DNA of 64,000 bases, taken from the NCBI RefSeq assembly GCF_026210795.1, contig NC_089433.1, positions 4,588,001 through 4,652,000 of the forward strand, given 5' to 3'. This DNA is from Rhizophagus irregularis. Lineage: Eukaryota. Position 1 is the stretch's first letter; every line of letters starts with the position of its first letter. The position numbers and the translations under genes were made by a program. This document shows positions 1 to 11,562 of this stretch, in pieces. The notes beneath the pieces are model-generated. The model was given only the letters and a program-made list of their open reading frames with translations, had not been told where the DNA came from and made no database searches.

Positions 1-420
1 TATTATTACTTAGTATCATTATAATATTTACATATAATTTAAGCTAAACTAACTAAATTCTTTATTTAAAAAATTATTTTGTAATTTCCTTTAGATTGTA
101 AGTTATAATTTACTATTTATTTAATTCTATTATTACTTATTATAATAATATTTACATATAATTTAAACTAACTAAATTCTTTATTTAAAAAAATTATTTT
201 ATAGATGGTAAGTTATTTATTTAATTCTATTATTACTTATTGTTATAATATTTACATTTAATTGAAACTAACTATTTAATTTCCTTTAGATGGTAAGTTA
301 TTTATTTAATTCTATTATTACTTATTGTGATAATATTTACATATAATTTAAACTAACTAAATTTTTATTTAAAAATTATTTAATAATATAGCTTGTAAGT
401 TATTTGTAATTTTATTGTTA
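1..420 (+). repeat. Tandem ~85-110 bp units, each an intron plus a 3-nt micro-exon
   Basis: Recurrent unit gtaagttatttatttaattctattattacttat...tttacatataatttaaactaactaaa...tag+NNN, about 4 copies, each containing a CTAAC branch-point-like motif. Confidence 0.85.
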
Positions 421-1999
421 TATATTTTATATTTATTTGTTAACTGTATTCTTTCATTTAAAATTTCTATTACTTTAGTTGGTAAGTTGTGAAATATAGC
501 TTATTATTATTATATATATTTGTACAAGAACTAAGACATATATTATCTTAAATTCCAATTTAAATTTTAGAGTGAGTGTTAATTTTAATCTTAAATTTTG
601 TGTCAATTTTATTATGAACTTTAATTATTTAAATTTATAGATTTGGAAAAAGTGGAAATACAATTATAGATAAATTTATCCTTGAAAAAAGATTAAAATG
701 GATTCCTTATAATAAATTTAAAAATGTTGAATATCTTAATGAAGGAGGATTTGGTACTATATACAAAGCTATTTGGTTAAAAAATAATGAAGATAATAAA
801 GAAGTAATTCTTAAATGTCATAATAATTTAAATGAAAATTTAAATGAATTTTTAAATGAAGTATGATAGTATATTATTTATTTTTTTCAATTTGAATTAT
901 AATTTACTTATATTAATATATTATTATTTTTTATAGTGGAAATATCATGAAAGATGTTTAGATTCAATTGAAATTATTTATTTTTATGGATTTACAAAAG
1001 ATCCAGATACTTTAAAATATATGGTAGTAATAGATTATGCAAACAAAGGTAATTTAAGAGGAAACTTAACAAGAATAATCAAAAATAATTGGGATCAAAA
1101 ATTATATATGTTGTGTGAAATTATTTCTGGACTTAATAGTATACATGAACAAAATCTTATTCATTGTGATTTTCATGATGGTAATATTTTAAATCATAAT
1201 GAGGATAAAATTTATGTTAGTGATTTAGGATTATGTCAGCCTGTAAAATCATTTTTGAAAGAGTATAATATTTATGGTGTTGTACCATTTATGGCACCTG
1301 AAGTTTTAAGAGGCAAATCTTATACTCCAGCTAGTGATATATATAGTTTTTCTATGATTATGTGGGAATTTACATCTGGTACGCCACCATTTAACAATAG
1401 AGCACACGATATTCAACTTAGTTTAAGTATTTGTAAAGGTGAACGTCCTGAAATTATTGAAAATACTCCACAATGTTATGTAGATTTAATGAAAAAATGT
1501 TGGGATGAAGATCCATTAAACAGGCCATCTTCTAAGGAAGTTTTAAAAACTATTATAAAATGGATTGGTCTTCCTTCTAACAAGAAAATTAAAGATATTG
1601 ATAAAGAATTAAAATGTAATATTATGGAATTTATAAATGCACCAATTGGGCATAACATTCTTACTACTGAATCTCATCCACAGGCTTGTTATACAAGTCG
1701 CATACTTGATTTTACTAGTAAAAAATTGAATGAAATTCTTGAAAGTGAAGATTTGAATAGTTGTATAATTAAAGATTTGAAGTCATTAGGTATGTAATAT
1801 AGTATATATAAAAATTAATCTTGCAAATCATTTTTGTGAAATTAATTTATTATTTAATATTAAAACAGATAAAAATACTAGTAAAAAATTGAATGAAATT
1901 CTTGAAAGTGAAGATTCACAAACTTATTATGCAAGCCATTCTTCTACTGGCATAACTGAAGAGTTGGATGATTGTATAATCAAAGATACAAGTAATTAG
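95..1999 (+). CDS. TKL-type Ser/Thr/Tyr protein kinase, 5'-partial, with N-terminal micro-exons
   Basis: Exon 641-860 reads FGKSGNTIIDKFI...EGGFGTIYKA...VILK. Exon 937-1789 has HCDFHDGN, SDLG, MAPE and SDIYSF. A probable duplicated terminal exon lies at 1869-1999. GT-AG introns preserve frame. Putative upstream micro-exons: 95-97, 205-207, 290-292, 392-394, 479-481 and 571. The start lies left of the window. Confidence 0.9.
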
Positions 2000-2204
2000 G
2001 TATGTAATATAATATGATATAAAATAAACTAATTTTGCAAATTATATACATGTAATTAATTTTATTTACTTTAATTATTCAGATATTAAAATAGATAAAA
2101 ATCAACCAATTATTTATGTTTTAAAAAAGGTTTATAGTTTTTTTAAGTTATATTTGACATCATGCATTTAACAAAAATTGCTCATTATTTTATTCTTTTT
2201 AGAT

Positions 2205-2520
2205 TTATTTAAACACTAAGGCCAGAGTAGTAAAATATTTTAAAGATTCTTAGTTTGTAATTTAAATAATTCCTTTTATTTATATTTTATCCAAATATTA
2301 AATATATGAATTCTCTTAAAATTATTTAAACACTAGGACTAGAGTAGTAATTATTTTACAAATTTCTTAGCTTGTAATTTAAATAATTCCCTTTTTTTAT
2401 ATTTTATCCAAATATTAAATATATGGATTCTCTTCTTAGAACTATTTAAATACTAGGACTAGAGTAGTAAATATTTTACAAATTTCTTAGTTTGTAATTT
2501 AAATAAATCTTTTTTTTATA
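2205..2520. repeat. Tandem ~120 bp repeat, about 3 copies
   Basis: tttaaacacta(a/g)g..agagtagtaa..attttacaaatttcttag.ttgtaatttaaataa recurs at about 2209, 2325 and 2445. Confidence 0.8.
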
Positions 2521-3089
2521 AATTATTAAATAATAGGGTATATAAACCCATTTCTAATGCATAAATTGAAAATGAATAATGTAAAATTTTTATACTTATT
2601 TCAATAGCTGGTTGGATTTAATTTGTATTGTTGACTTTATTTTTAATATTATTTAAATATTTTGATTAATATAGGAATTACATTAAGGATATCTGGGTTA
2701 TTTTTTTTGATAATTCAAAGCCTGCTTACTTTATTCTATTTTGATGTATAAGTACATTTATATATGCTAAAATGAATATATATTTAATTGAAAAGAACTT
2801 TTTCCACTGATCACTTGTCCATAAATTTTAGGAAAAACTGATGAAACAAAAAGCGGAAGAGTTCATATGTAAAGTTATTTCTTGAGCCAGACAAATATTA
2901 TTAACTTCTTTAAATTCATTTTGAGACTAGATTCACACAAAGTTAATAGGAAAAATTCTTTTGGACCTGTTACAACATTTTTTCTTTTTTAACCTATACG
3001 GAGGCTTGAGACCTTGTAAAAGTTAGAGGACTTGTTTTACAACAATACGAATTGGCTTAAAGGAACAGAAATGGTATCACATAGTACAA

Positions 3090-3270
3090 CCCAGTAAAAA
3101 GTCCTGTACTGAATTCATATTAGGTTTGTATTGAATTTATACGTGAGCCCGTTTGGTACGAAAAATTGGACCATAAATAGGATAAAATTAAAATAAATAT
3201 GGCCAAATTTTATACCGAATGGGCTCATTTCATAATTGGCCTATATTTGGTACAAGAACTTTTTACTGGG
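3090..3270. mobile_element. MITE (non-autonomous DNA transposon) with CCC...GGG termini and a 3-bp TSD
   Basis: TIR CCCAGTAAAAAG...CTTTTTACTGGG, internal imperfect palindrome, CAA on both flanks (3087-3089 and 3271-3273). Confidence 0.8.
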
Positions 3271-4411
3271 CAAGTAAAGCTCTTTCCTTTGTTTTATCAG
3301 CTTGTTAGAAACTTTTACTCTTTGACCTTGGGTTTCTTGAGAATTTTAGGTCAAGTTTAGCATGGTGGTGGAAGGAAATAAAAATTTTTTGAGGAACCAA
3401 TGAAATTGGAAATCAATTGCATCATCTTGCCGGCGTAACTACATAGTCAAGTAATAGTAGTAAAAATATTTCAGGGACTAAGCAAGGTGACGTCAGATGG
3501 GATAATAAAGCAGGGTCGAATTTAGTTTTGGAGCTATTAGTTGTTATTTATTGTATATACATGTAACACTGTAACACATTCTAAGATTAGATTTATTAGA
3601 TTTGCTGCTAAATTTTCATCATTACTACTCTTGGGCATATTTAGTATCTATTGGGTTAGTAGTTTGGTGTAGAATTTCTTGGGCTAAATCCTGTTTTAGT
3701 TAAAGTTAAGACTTAAGACCGGGTTAGAATCCCTGGTAGTATTTGTTTTTCATTAAATGGTACACTAAATAAATGTTTAGTGTTAAATAGGAATGCAATA
3801 ATCCATTCTTTTATAAAAACATAAACAGAAGGAGTAAGAATTCCAGATCAAGTTAAAATAGATTTGCAATCATTTTTCTCTAATGTGGAATGAAAGATGA
3901 AACGAAAGATGATGATCGCAGCAATGTTAGTAATAATATCATAATTTAATAAAAGTCATAAATATATTACTCCAAGGAAATTCAAATATAATCATATTGA
4001 GGAAATTTTAAAGGGAGGAATTCTATTAGTAAAAAACTCTATTAACAAATTTGATAAGCTTTTTTTTGAAATTTCTATATTGCAATCATTGGTTGAATTT
4101 AAAGTGTAAAAATACCAAGTTCGAAAATTAAATATTTTGTATGACAATTAATAAATGATTGATTAATCATATGGCCGATTTGTCTCTTATCACTAATTAA
4201 TTTTTAGTGATAAATATAAATTATAATCAACATGCCGATCAAAATAACCTGAAAAAAGTGATAATAACAGATTATGCACAATGACATACATGACGATTTC
4301 ATATTTAAACCAATTGTTGGTATCTTGAAACTAGTTTCTCGCAACTTTGAAACCTGTCAGGAATTGGTCTGTAATTGGTTTTATTTGGAAGGAACTATTT
4401 TATTTTGGAAA

Positions 4412-6980
4412 ATGGTAAGTAGTATATTAAAAATTTATTATACTCACTTAACGAACCTTTTTTGCTTTAAAACAATAAAAATGGCTGGAACAACCGTACG
4501 TGTTCTCATTGCTGAAAGTAATTTTTTTTTCAATAATTTTTTTTAATGTAGGAAAGTTCAATAACACCCTTTTATCAATAGCTACGTTTTCTAATTGTGT
4601 TTTCATACATGATTATCCAAGAAGTTCTAAAATTGAAGCACATTTTCAATCAAATGAACGATTATATATTTCATATTACAATATTATTTCTCTGGGAACC
4701 TATCCTTCCACACCGAAATTGACACAAAAATCTAAAAACAACGCATCTCAATATCCAATACCCGACGATTATATAGTTGAAACAGAGTTTTCTGAAAGAA
4801 GTCTTATATGCAAAACTAAATATATTTCAGTTTCAAAGGTAGTATGCTATACAATTAATTGGAAGATTGGTCATGCAGAGTGGAGTGTTAGTAGTACCCA
4901 ATCTTCAACAGCTGTTGTTAATACATTTTTACAGGTATTTAACTCATATTTATATTAGATAAATTTTAATAACATACAATTAATTTTAATATTATATTTA
5001 ATAGAAAATTAACTCAACTAAATCATCTGGGCCTCAGTTATTTGGATTTGATATTGAGCCACTATATCATGCTTGTTTACAAATTGGGTTTTGACCTGCT
5101 ACTGCTGTTACAACAGAAGTTAATAACTGAAAAAGACCACTTGAAGATATCACTTCCTGTTCACAGCAAAATAAAAGATTTAACAGTTTTGGAAGGGATG
5201 TGCAAAAAGCAGTTGATGAATTGATTGTTAAACATAAGCTGACAAATTTATCTGGAGAGCCAATTTTATATTTACAGCATATTGGATTTGATTGCAAAAA
5301 GAATCAAGTTTGCATCAACTTCAAAGATTTGAATTCTATAACAATTCAAACAAAACTTGATGCTATTGTACATGTGTGTGATGAAGCACTTTTAAGTCGT
5401 GATGGATATCGGCATTTAGCAGCAGATGTACCATCACTTTTTTGTGAATATTTAGTTGCTGATCACTGAAATAAGATAAATAAATTAATAAATACTCAGA
5501 TACATGTGGAAATTTTTAATATAGAAGATATTGATCAATTTAATAGTGATAATATATAATTCTGATGAACGTGCTAGTGATGCTTTAGTAAATAATTATA
5601 AAGTAGGAAATGGGCTTATCGGTCACTTTCAACTTTACTTAAAATATTAATACCTGTTTGGAAAGGAAGAGAAAATCCTGTAATAATCCAGGAGATATTC
5701 TTCATATAAAACTTGGTGGAGATGGTCGTAATGTTGGGAGAAAACAAAATCATGTAATGGTTACTTTTTTGTTTATTAAATGAAAAGGATGATATACTTA
5801 AACCAAACTATCAATATAGGTATATTTTTTGTGTATTGTTAAATTAATTGTAATTTTAATAAAAAATAAAATAAAATTCATTACTGTTTTAGTATATATC
5901 TTTACATAGGTAAAGAAAAATATGAGACATTGGATAAAGTTGGCAAAATATTTGCCTTACAGTTGGCTGATTTAAAGGAGAATGGAATAATTGATGATGA
6001 TGGCGTTCACTGGCCTATTAAATTTTATTTTTCTGGTGATTGGAAGTTTACCTATATTATTTTGGGTCTAAATGCACCTAATTCTGAATATTTTTGTCTA
6101 TTCTGTGAATGTGATGCTAAATCCCGGCATAATATGGATCTTTTTTGGATGCCTACTGGAAATACTAAAGGTTAAAATTTTTTTCTAAATTGTTAATTGG
6201 TAAAAAAAAAATAATATGTAAGTAATCATTATAATTACATTAATTAGGGGGGAAAAGGGCATCTTTGTTTCCTGTGATTGATTTACTTAATTATATTTCT
6301 GATGAGCTTCATATCTTATTATGGATATCTGATATATTGATGGAATGTCTATTTAGAGATCTATTTAAGAAAAATGATTTTGAACAAAATTTTAAAGAAA
6401 AAATTGAAAAAAAATGAATGACATTAAAATACTACAATATTTTCCTGTAAGTGAATTTATACCTGGAGTACATGGAGTGGATATTAAAAATTTGTGGTGT
6501 AAATTTTATCAGTTGTATGAGGTTTTAAGAAAACCATCTCACACTGAAGCAGAAATTTTAAAATTTGAGGAAGATGCAAAAAATTGGCCAAATGAATTCT
6601 GCAACAGCAATTCTGGGACTTTATAGGAAGGATGATGTCACACCTTACATGCATATGCTTACAATGCATGTCCCTTATTTTATGTGTCGATTAAAGAAAA
6701 AAGGACTTTTGCTTAGATTATTTTCAACAAGTAGCATTGAAAAAAAAAATCACGATCAGGTATGATATAAAATTTTGCATAAATGTTTTCATTAACTTAT
6801 TATTCGTTTATTACTTATTAGGTTAGATTGTTTTTTAGAGGAACAACTATGGGAGGTGGTAAAAAAACTTCCTGTTGCTTATGATATACTAGTATTTAAA
6901 AATTGGCAAATCTTTTATTTGATCCTAATGAAATAACATGTAGAAAAATTAATATTTATAATGGTGAAAATACAATCTAA
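4412..6980 (+). pseudogene. RAG1/Transib-like DDE transposase, intron-containing, disrupted
   Basis: Motifs in order: KLGGDGRNV (~5721), FSGDWKF..LGLNAPNSEYFCLFCEC, SDELHILL (~6301), TPYMHMLTMHVP, FSTSSIEKKNH. Multiple stops and frameshifts. Confidence 0.75.
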
Positions 6981-7137
6981 ATTATGTTTTACATACAAAA
7001 CTTCTAATTTATAATTTATTTATTTCTGGAATTCTGGTTGAAATCCAAAAAAAAATTCTATTAAAATATCTATAAATTATTTATTGATATCTTTTGATTT
7101 AATTCTTGAAGGGAAGCGTGGTAAAATAAGTCTATAT

Positions 7138-10100
7138 TAGTGTTCCAATCTGTGGATCATCCGTCATCCGTCAATAACTGTGATCTGAATCTGAATGGAT
7201 AAATTTAGTTCATCCGATGAGTGATCTGATGGATGATCCGTCTAACTAAATTTAGTTACTATGATCAAAGTTTAAAATAAAATTTTTTTTCAAATATATA
7301 ATTTTAATTTTAACGCTCCTTTTAAAAATGAGACTAATCGCTACATAAAACTCTTAACCAATGAAGACTTAAGAGCTGAAAATGAAAATTTGATTATTTT
7401 ATTAGAACTTTTCCCGTATTCTTTATTTTATTCACGAATTTTGTAGTTGTTTTCTTTCCTGATTTGCAAGCCTAATTACCCAGAACCTCCTAACTAAGCC
7501 GTTTGCTGAGAGAACAACTACATTTTACTTATAATAAGAAAGTTATTTAGGAAGAACATTTGAACTTTTCTTTTCTTTTCTTTTTTAGGAATGGGGTTTT
7601 CAACTTGATCTTGGTAAGTGTCGATGATGCTTCATGTTTCTCCTTTCAGGAATGACAATAACATTCCTCCTTTCTTTTTTTCAAAAGGAATGGATTCTGT
7701 CTAGACTGAAACAATTTAGGTAAATATTAGAGGGATTTCTTGTTTCTTCTTAATTTTTTTTCTTTCTAGGAACGGCATTGACTGTTCCTTCCCTTTTTTA
7801 GGAGCGGATTCAGCTCAGGCTTCTTAGAATGGCCTTAGGTAATATTGGAAGGTTTTTTTTAATCTTTTCTTTCCAGGAATGGTATTGACCGTTCCTTCTT
7901 TAATTTTTTTTTTAGGAATGGCATTAATTATCCCTTCTATCTTGTGACTTGGACTTTAACGTTATTAAGATTCTTGACTAGATTCACCATGAATTGAATT
8001 TAAGTGTTTGCCATTTCGTTTTAAAAATATTAACTTTTTGAAAAAATTAGGACACGTCCTAGTTCTTTTTGCAGTTAATATATTGCCAGCATTAGAGAAT
8101 AGTCTTTTGCTTGCAGTTGAACATGCATAAACTGCTAAGTATTTCTTAGCAAGACAAGTCAAGATTGGAAACTTTTCTTTTCACTTATATCACCATGCAA
8201 ATGGATCACCTTCTAAATCAATTTCCTCTAATTGTAAATAACCAATCTCATCATCAGCCAGAATAATTTTCTTCTTTAAGTCTGCAAAAATAGTATATGC
8301 TTTTTTGTTTTTTTTCCTATTATCATCTACATTTATAGGTAATAATAAATCATCATTTGAACCTTGAAACTTTAATTCTTTATATTTCTTTTCCAACAAA
8401 TCTTTAGCTGCATAACGTTCTGAATCAGAAACAAAGCTAAGATCTTTCATTCTTGGATCAAGTAAAGTGGGAAGAAGTTTATCAAGTGATGTAAGATCAT
8501 TCCAATAATAATTCATCACTGTGAAAAGACTGAGTTTAATTTGATCAATTAGACCATAACAATTAACAGGATTATTAATCTGAGTTCTTTTATTATTAGT
8601 CAGCAATTGTCATTCATTATTCTCTATTCCAGCTTGCAGTTATTCATTTTCTTCTACTGCCATATCTTCATCAAATGCCGTATCGTTATCACCAAAATTA
8701 ATATTAATTTTTTCAGCTGCTGCAACACCACATGATGTTGAAGGATGAAACCTCTTTTTGATGTTAATTAATATAGGATTCATCATTGAATGGGTACAAT
8801 AACTACTTCCTCCTAGAAGTTCTGTGGCTTCTGCATAAGGTTTTAATACTGGAATCAAATCCTGAATTAAATCCCATTCATCTGAAGTTAACATAATACT
8901 ATTTAACCTTTTTTCGAATCTAAATCATTTTTTGTAGTAAGAGTATTAATCAACATAATAATATGATTTTTAAGTTTCAAAAGCCTCTGCCAAGCTAAAT
9001 ATGATGAATTCCATCGTGTTGGTGAATCAGATATAACATGAAGATATTCAGATATCTTTTCAGGATTCTATATTATATACAAAATTTTAATATAATTTTT
9101 TGAATATTAAAAAAAAAAATAATAAAATTATGACAAAATACTTGCAATATATTCCTTTCTAAGATCATTATTCAAATCTGGAAATTTTTTCTGGATATCT
9201 TCTAAACGCTCACTCTGCTTTGAATGCAAAAAAAATTGATAAGACATTTTACACGTGCTATTAATACCTCTGCGGATTTCATACCCTTCCCAACAACCAA
9301 CTGTAGTATATAAGCTGTGCATCTTAGACAATTGACATTTTTCATATCTAGAATTGCTTTTTTGACATTAGAACTGTTATCTGTTGTTGCAGTAAATACC
9401 AATTCACGAATTTTCCATTCCTTCAATATTTCCTCAAGCGTTTCAAGAATATGTTGAGAGGTATGTGGATACTTTACGTAGGCTATATCCAAAGTATATT
9501 CGTGTAATTCAAATGAATTATTAATAAATAAACAAGTAATTCCAAAAAAGCCTTAGCGGTTCTTAACAGTCCAAAGATCCAAAGTCAAGGATACCAATTT
9601 GGCTTGAACTCTAATAGTTTGTTGCAATTTTGAAAAGGAAAAATTAAATGCATTGTGAATAATACCCTTTACAGTTTCTGGACAAGGCATAACAAAGGTA
9701 GGATTTAGTTGATTAATCAATTGGCAGAATTTTAGATTTGCAACAACGCTAATCAGTTGGATATCATCAACTATCCAATCAACAAGATATTGCCAGCATT
9801 CCTCTTGATTTTTTGCTGAATAATGTTTATGACTCTTTGTAACTTGATTATCTGGATCTTTAACAAACCTTATTGTTTTTACCATCTTTAGTGATATCAT
9901 GCTTATTTCTTAAATGATTTATCGCATTACCAGTAGACCCACTACTATTAATGTATATTTTTCTACATGGTGTTTGATTGGAAGCATCAATAACTTTACA
10001 GACAATTACTTGACGTGTTACACCTTTTATTTCTTGTGTCTCTTCATCCCAATAAGTCAATAAGTCCAAACCTAGCTAGTTTTTTTTTGCTGTTCTTAGA

Positions 10101-11562
10101 GTTGGTCTCATCATCATTAAGTAATGGTGCATTATTGGGACTTTCAGTTTCGTTAGGTATTGGTATAGGTATTCATTTTGGCTAAAAGTATTTCGTCAAG
10201 TTTGATTTAATGATTATCATTTATAAGATAGTTCACATGACCTAAAGTATGATCTTTTCTTGTTAAAGACGATACAAAAATATCACATGATAGTAACGAC
10301 AATAAAGATAATTTATCTTTTGCTGATTTGATCTTTATTCTTAAATAGAACAGTTCAATTTTCTTTATATATTATTTACAATCAAAGTAATTTATTTTAA
10401 TTTTTTTGTGTTTGATTTAACAAAGCAAGTCCTAGAATGTAAGAGTAGTTAATATTATTGATCATTCTTAAAATGAAAGAACTTCGAAAAAAAAGGAAAA
10501 CAATACCTAAATTGCTAAACCAGCCAAAAGAACCTAAGCTGAACCCATTTTTAAAGGAAAAAAGACGACATGATTAATACTTAACACCAAAGAAAAGTCA
10601 TCAAAAGAGTCTCTGGACTTACTAGATCATCTAAGATCATCTAAGATCATCTAAGACAAAACAAAGGTGGCCAAACTATTTTCAACAAAATAAAAGGAAT
10701 AGTTGAATTCATTCCTAAAAAAAAAAGAAAGGAGTGGTTAATGCCATCTCAGAAAGAAAAAAAAAATAAAAGAAGCAAAAAACTTACCTAAGATCATTCT
10801 AAGAAGTTCAAGCCTAACCCATTCCTAGAAAGAAAAAAATATCAAAACCAAATCCATTCCTTAAAAAAAGAAAGAAAAATTGGTTAATTTCATTCCAAGA
10901 AAAATCTCTGTCCTGACACTTAAATTCGCCCATGCCTTAAAAAAGTGAAGAAAAACAAAACTTAAAAGAAACACGAAATCTCTCCAACACTTACTCCAAG
11001 GAGCCTAAGCCGTCAAGCTGAAGAACCCATTCCTAAAAAAAGTAAGAAGGAACGGTTAATGCCATCCCTAGAAAGAAAAAAAAATCTTAAAAAAAAACAA
11101 AAACCTACCTAAAGTCGTTCTAACCTAGCCGAAACTATTCCTAATAAAAAAAAAGGAACAGTTAATTCTGTTCCTAGAAACTAGAAAAAAGGAAAACTTT
11201 CTATATATATATACCTAAAATCATTCCCATCATGTCGTTACCGTTTCTAAAAATTAAAAGAGAACAGTTAATATCGTTCATAAAAAAAGAAATACCAAAA
11301 AAAAAGAAAAAATTAACCTGAAATAAGTCTAACGGCGGTATAAGCCGCTGTTCCCTAGTTGTTCCATTACAAAAAAAAAAAAAAGGTTTAAAAAAAAAAA
11401 AAAAAAATTTTCTTAAAAACCTATTTAAGACGATCGGATTTGACAGATGATCTGATTTCATCCGATCCATCAATAAAATGCCCATCCGATCTATCTAATT
11501 TATCCGACGGATGACGGATATCCAAATTTGGAACGGATAATCAGTTGACGGATGGAACTCTA
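7138..11562 (-). mobile_element. hAT-superfamily DNA transposon, full length, decayed
   Basis: TIRs TAGTGTTCCA / TGGAACTCTA; perfect 8-bp TSD GTCTATAT (7130-7137 and 11563-11570); subterminal TCATCCG/CGGATG repeats at both ends. Confidence 0.93.
7965..10176 (-). pseudogene. hAT transposase (BED finger, DDE, hATC dimerisation domain), disrupted
   Basis: BED-like C..C...STGNAINHLRNKH; SLTLDLWT; TTDNSSN; SPTRWNSSY; LLDPR; LAKKYLAVYACSTASKRLFS. Broken into many short ORFs. Confidence 0.9.

Noticed and set aside
1..420. CRISPR-like repeat/spacer reading of the tandem units
   Set aside because: The context is eukaryotic with no cas genes. The variable part is only 3 nt and is bounded by splice signals.
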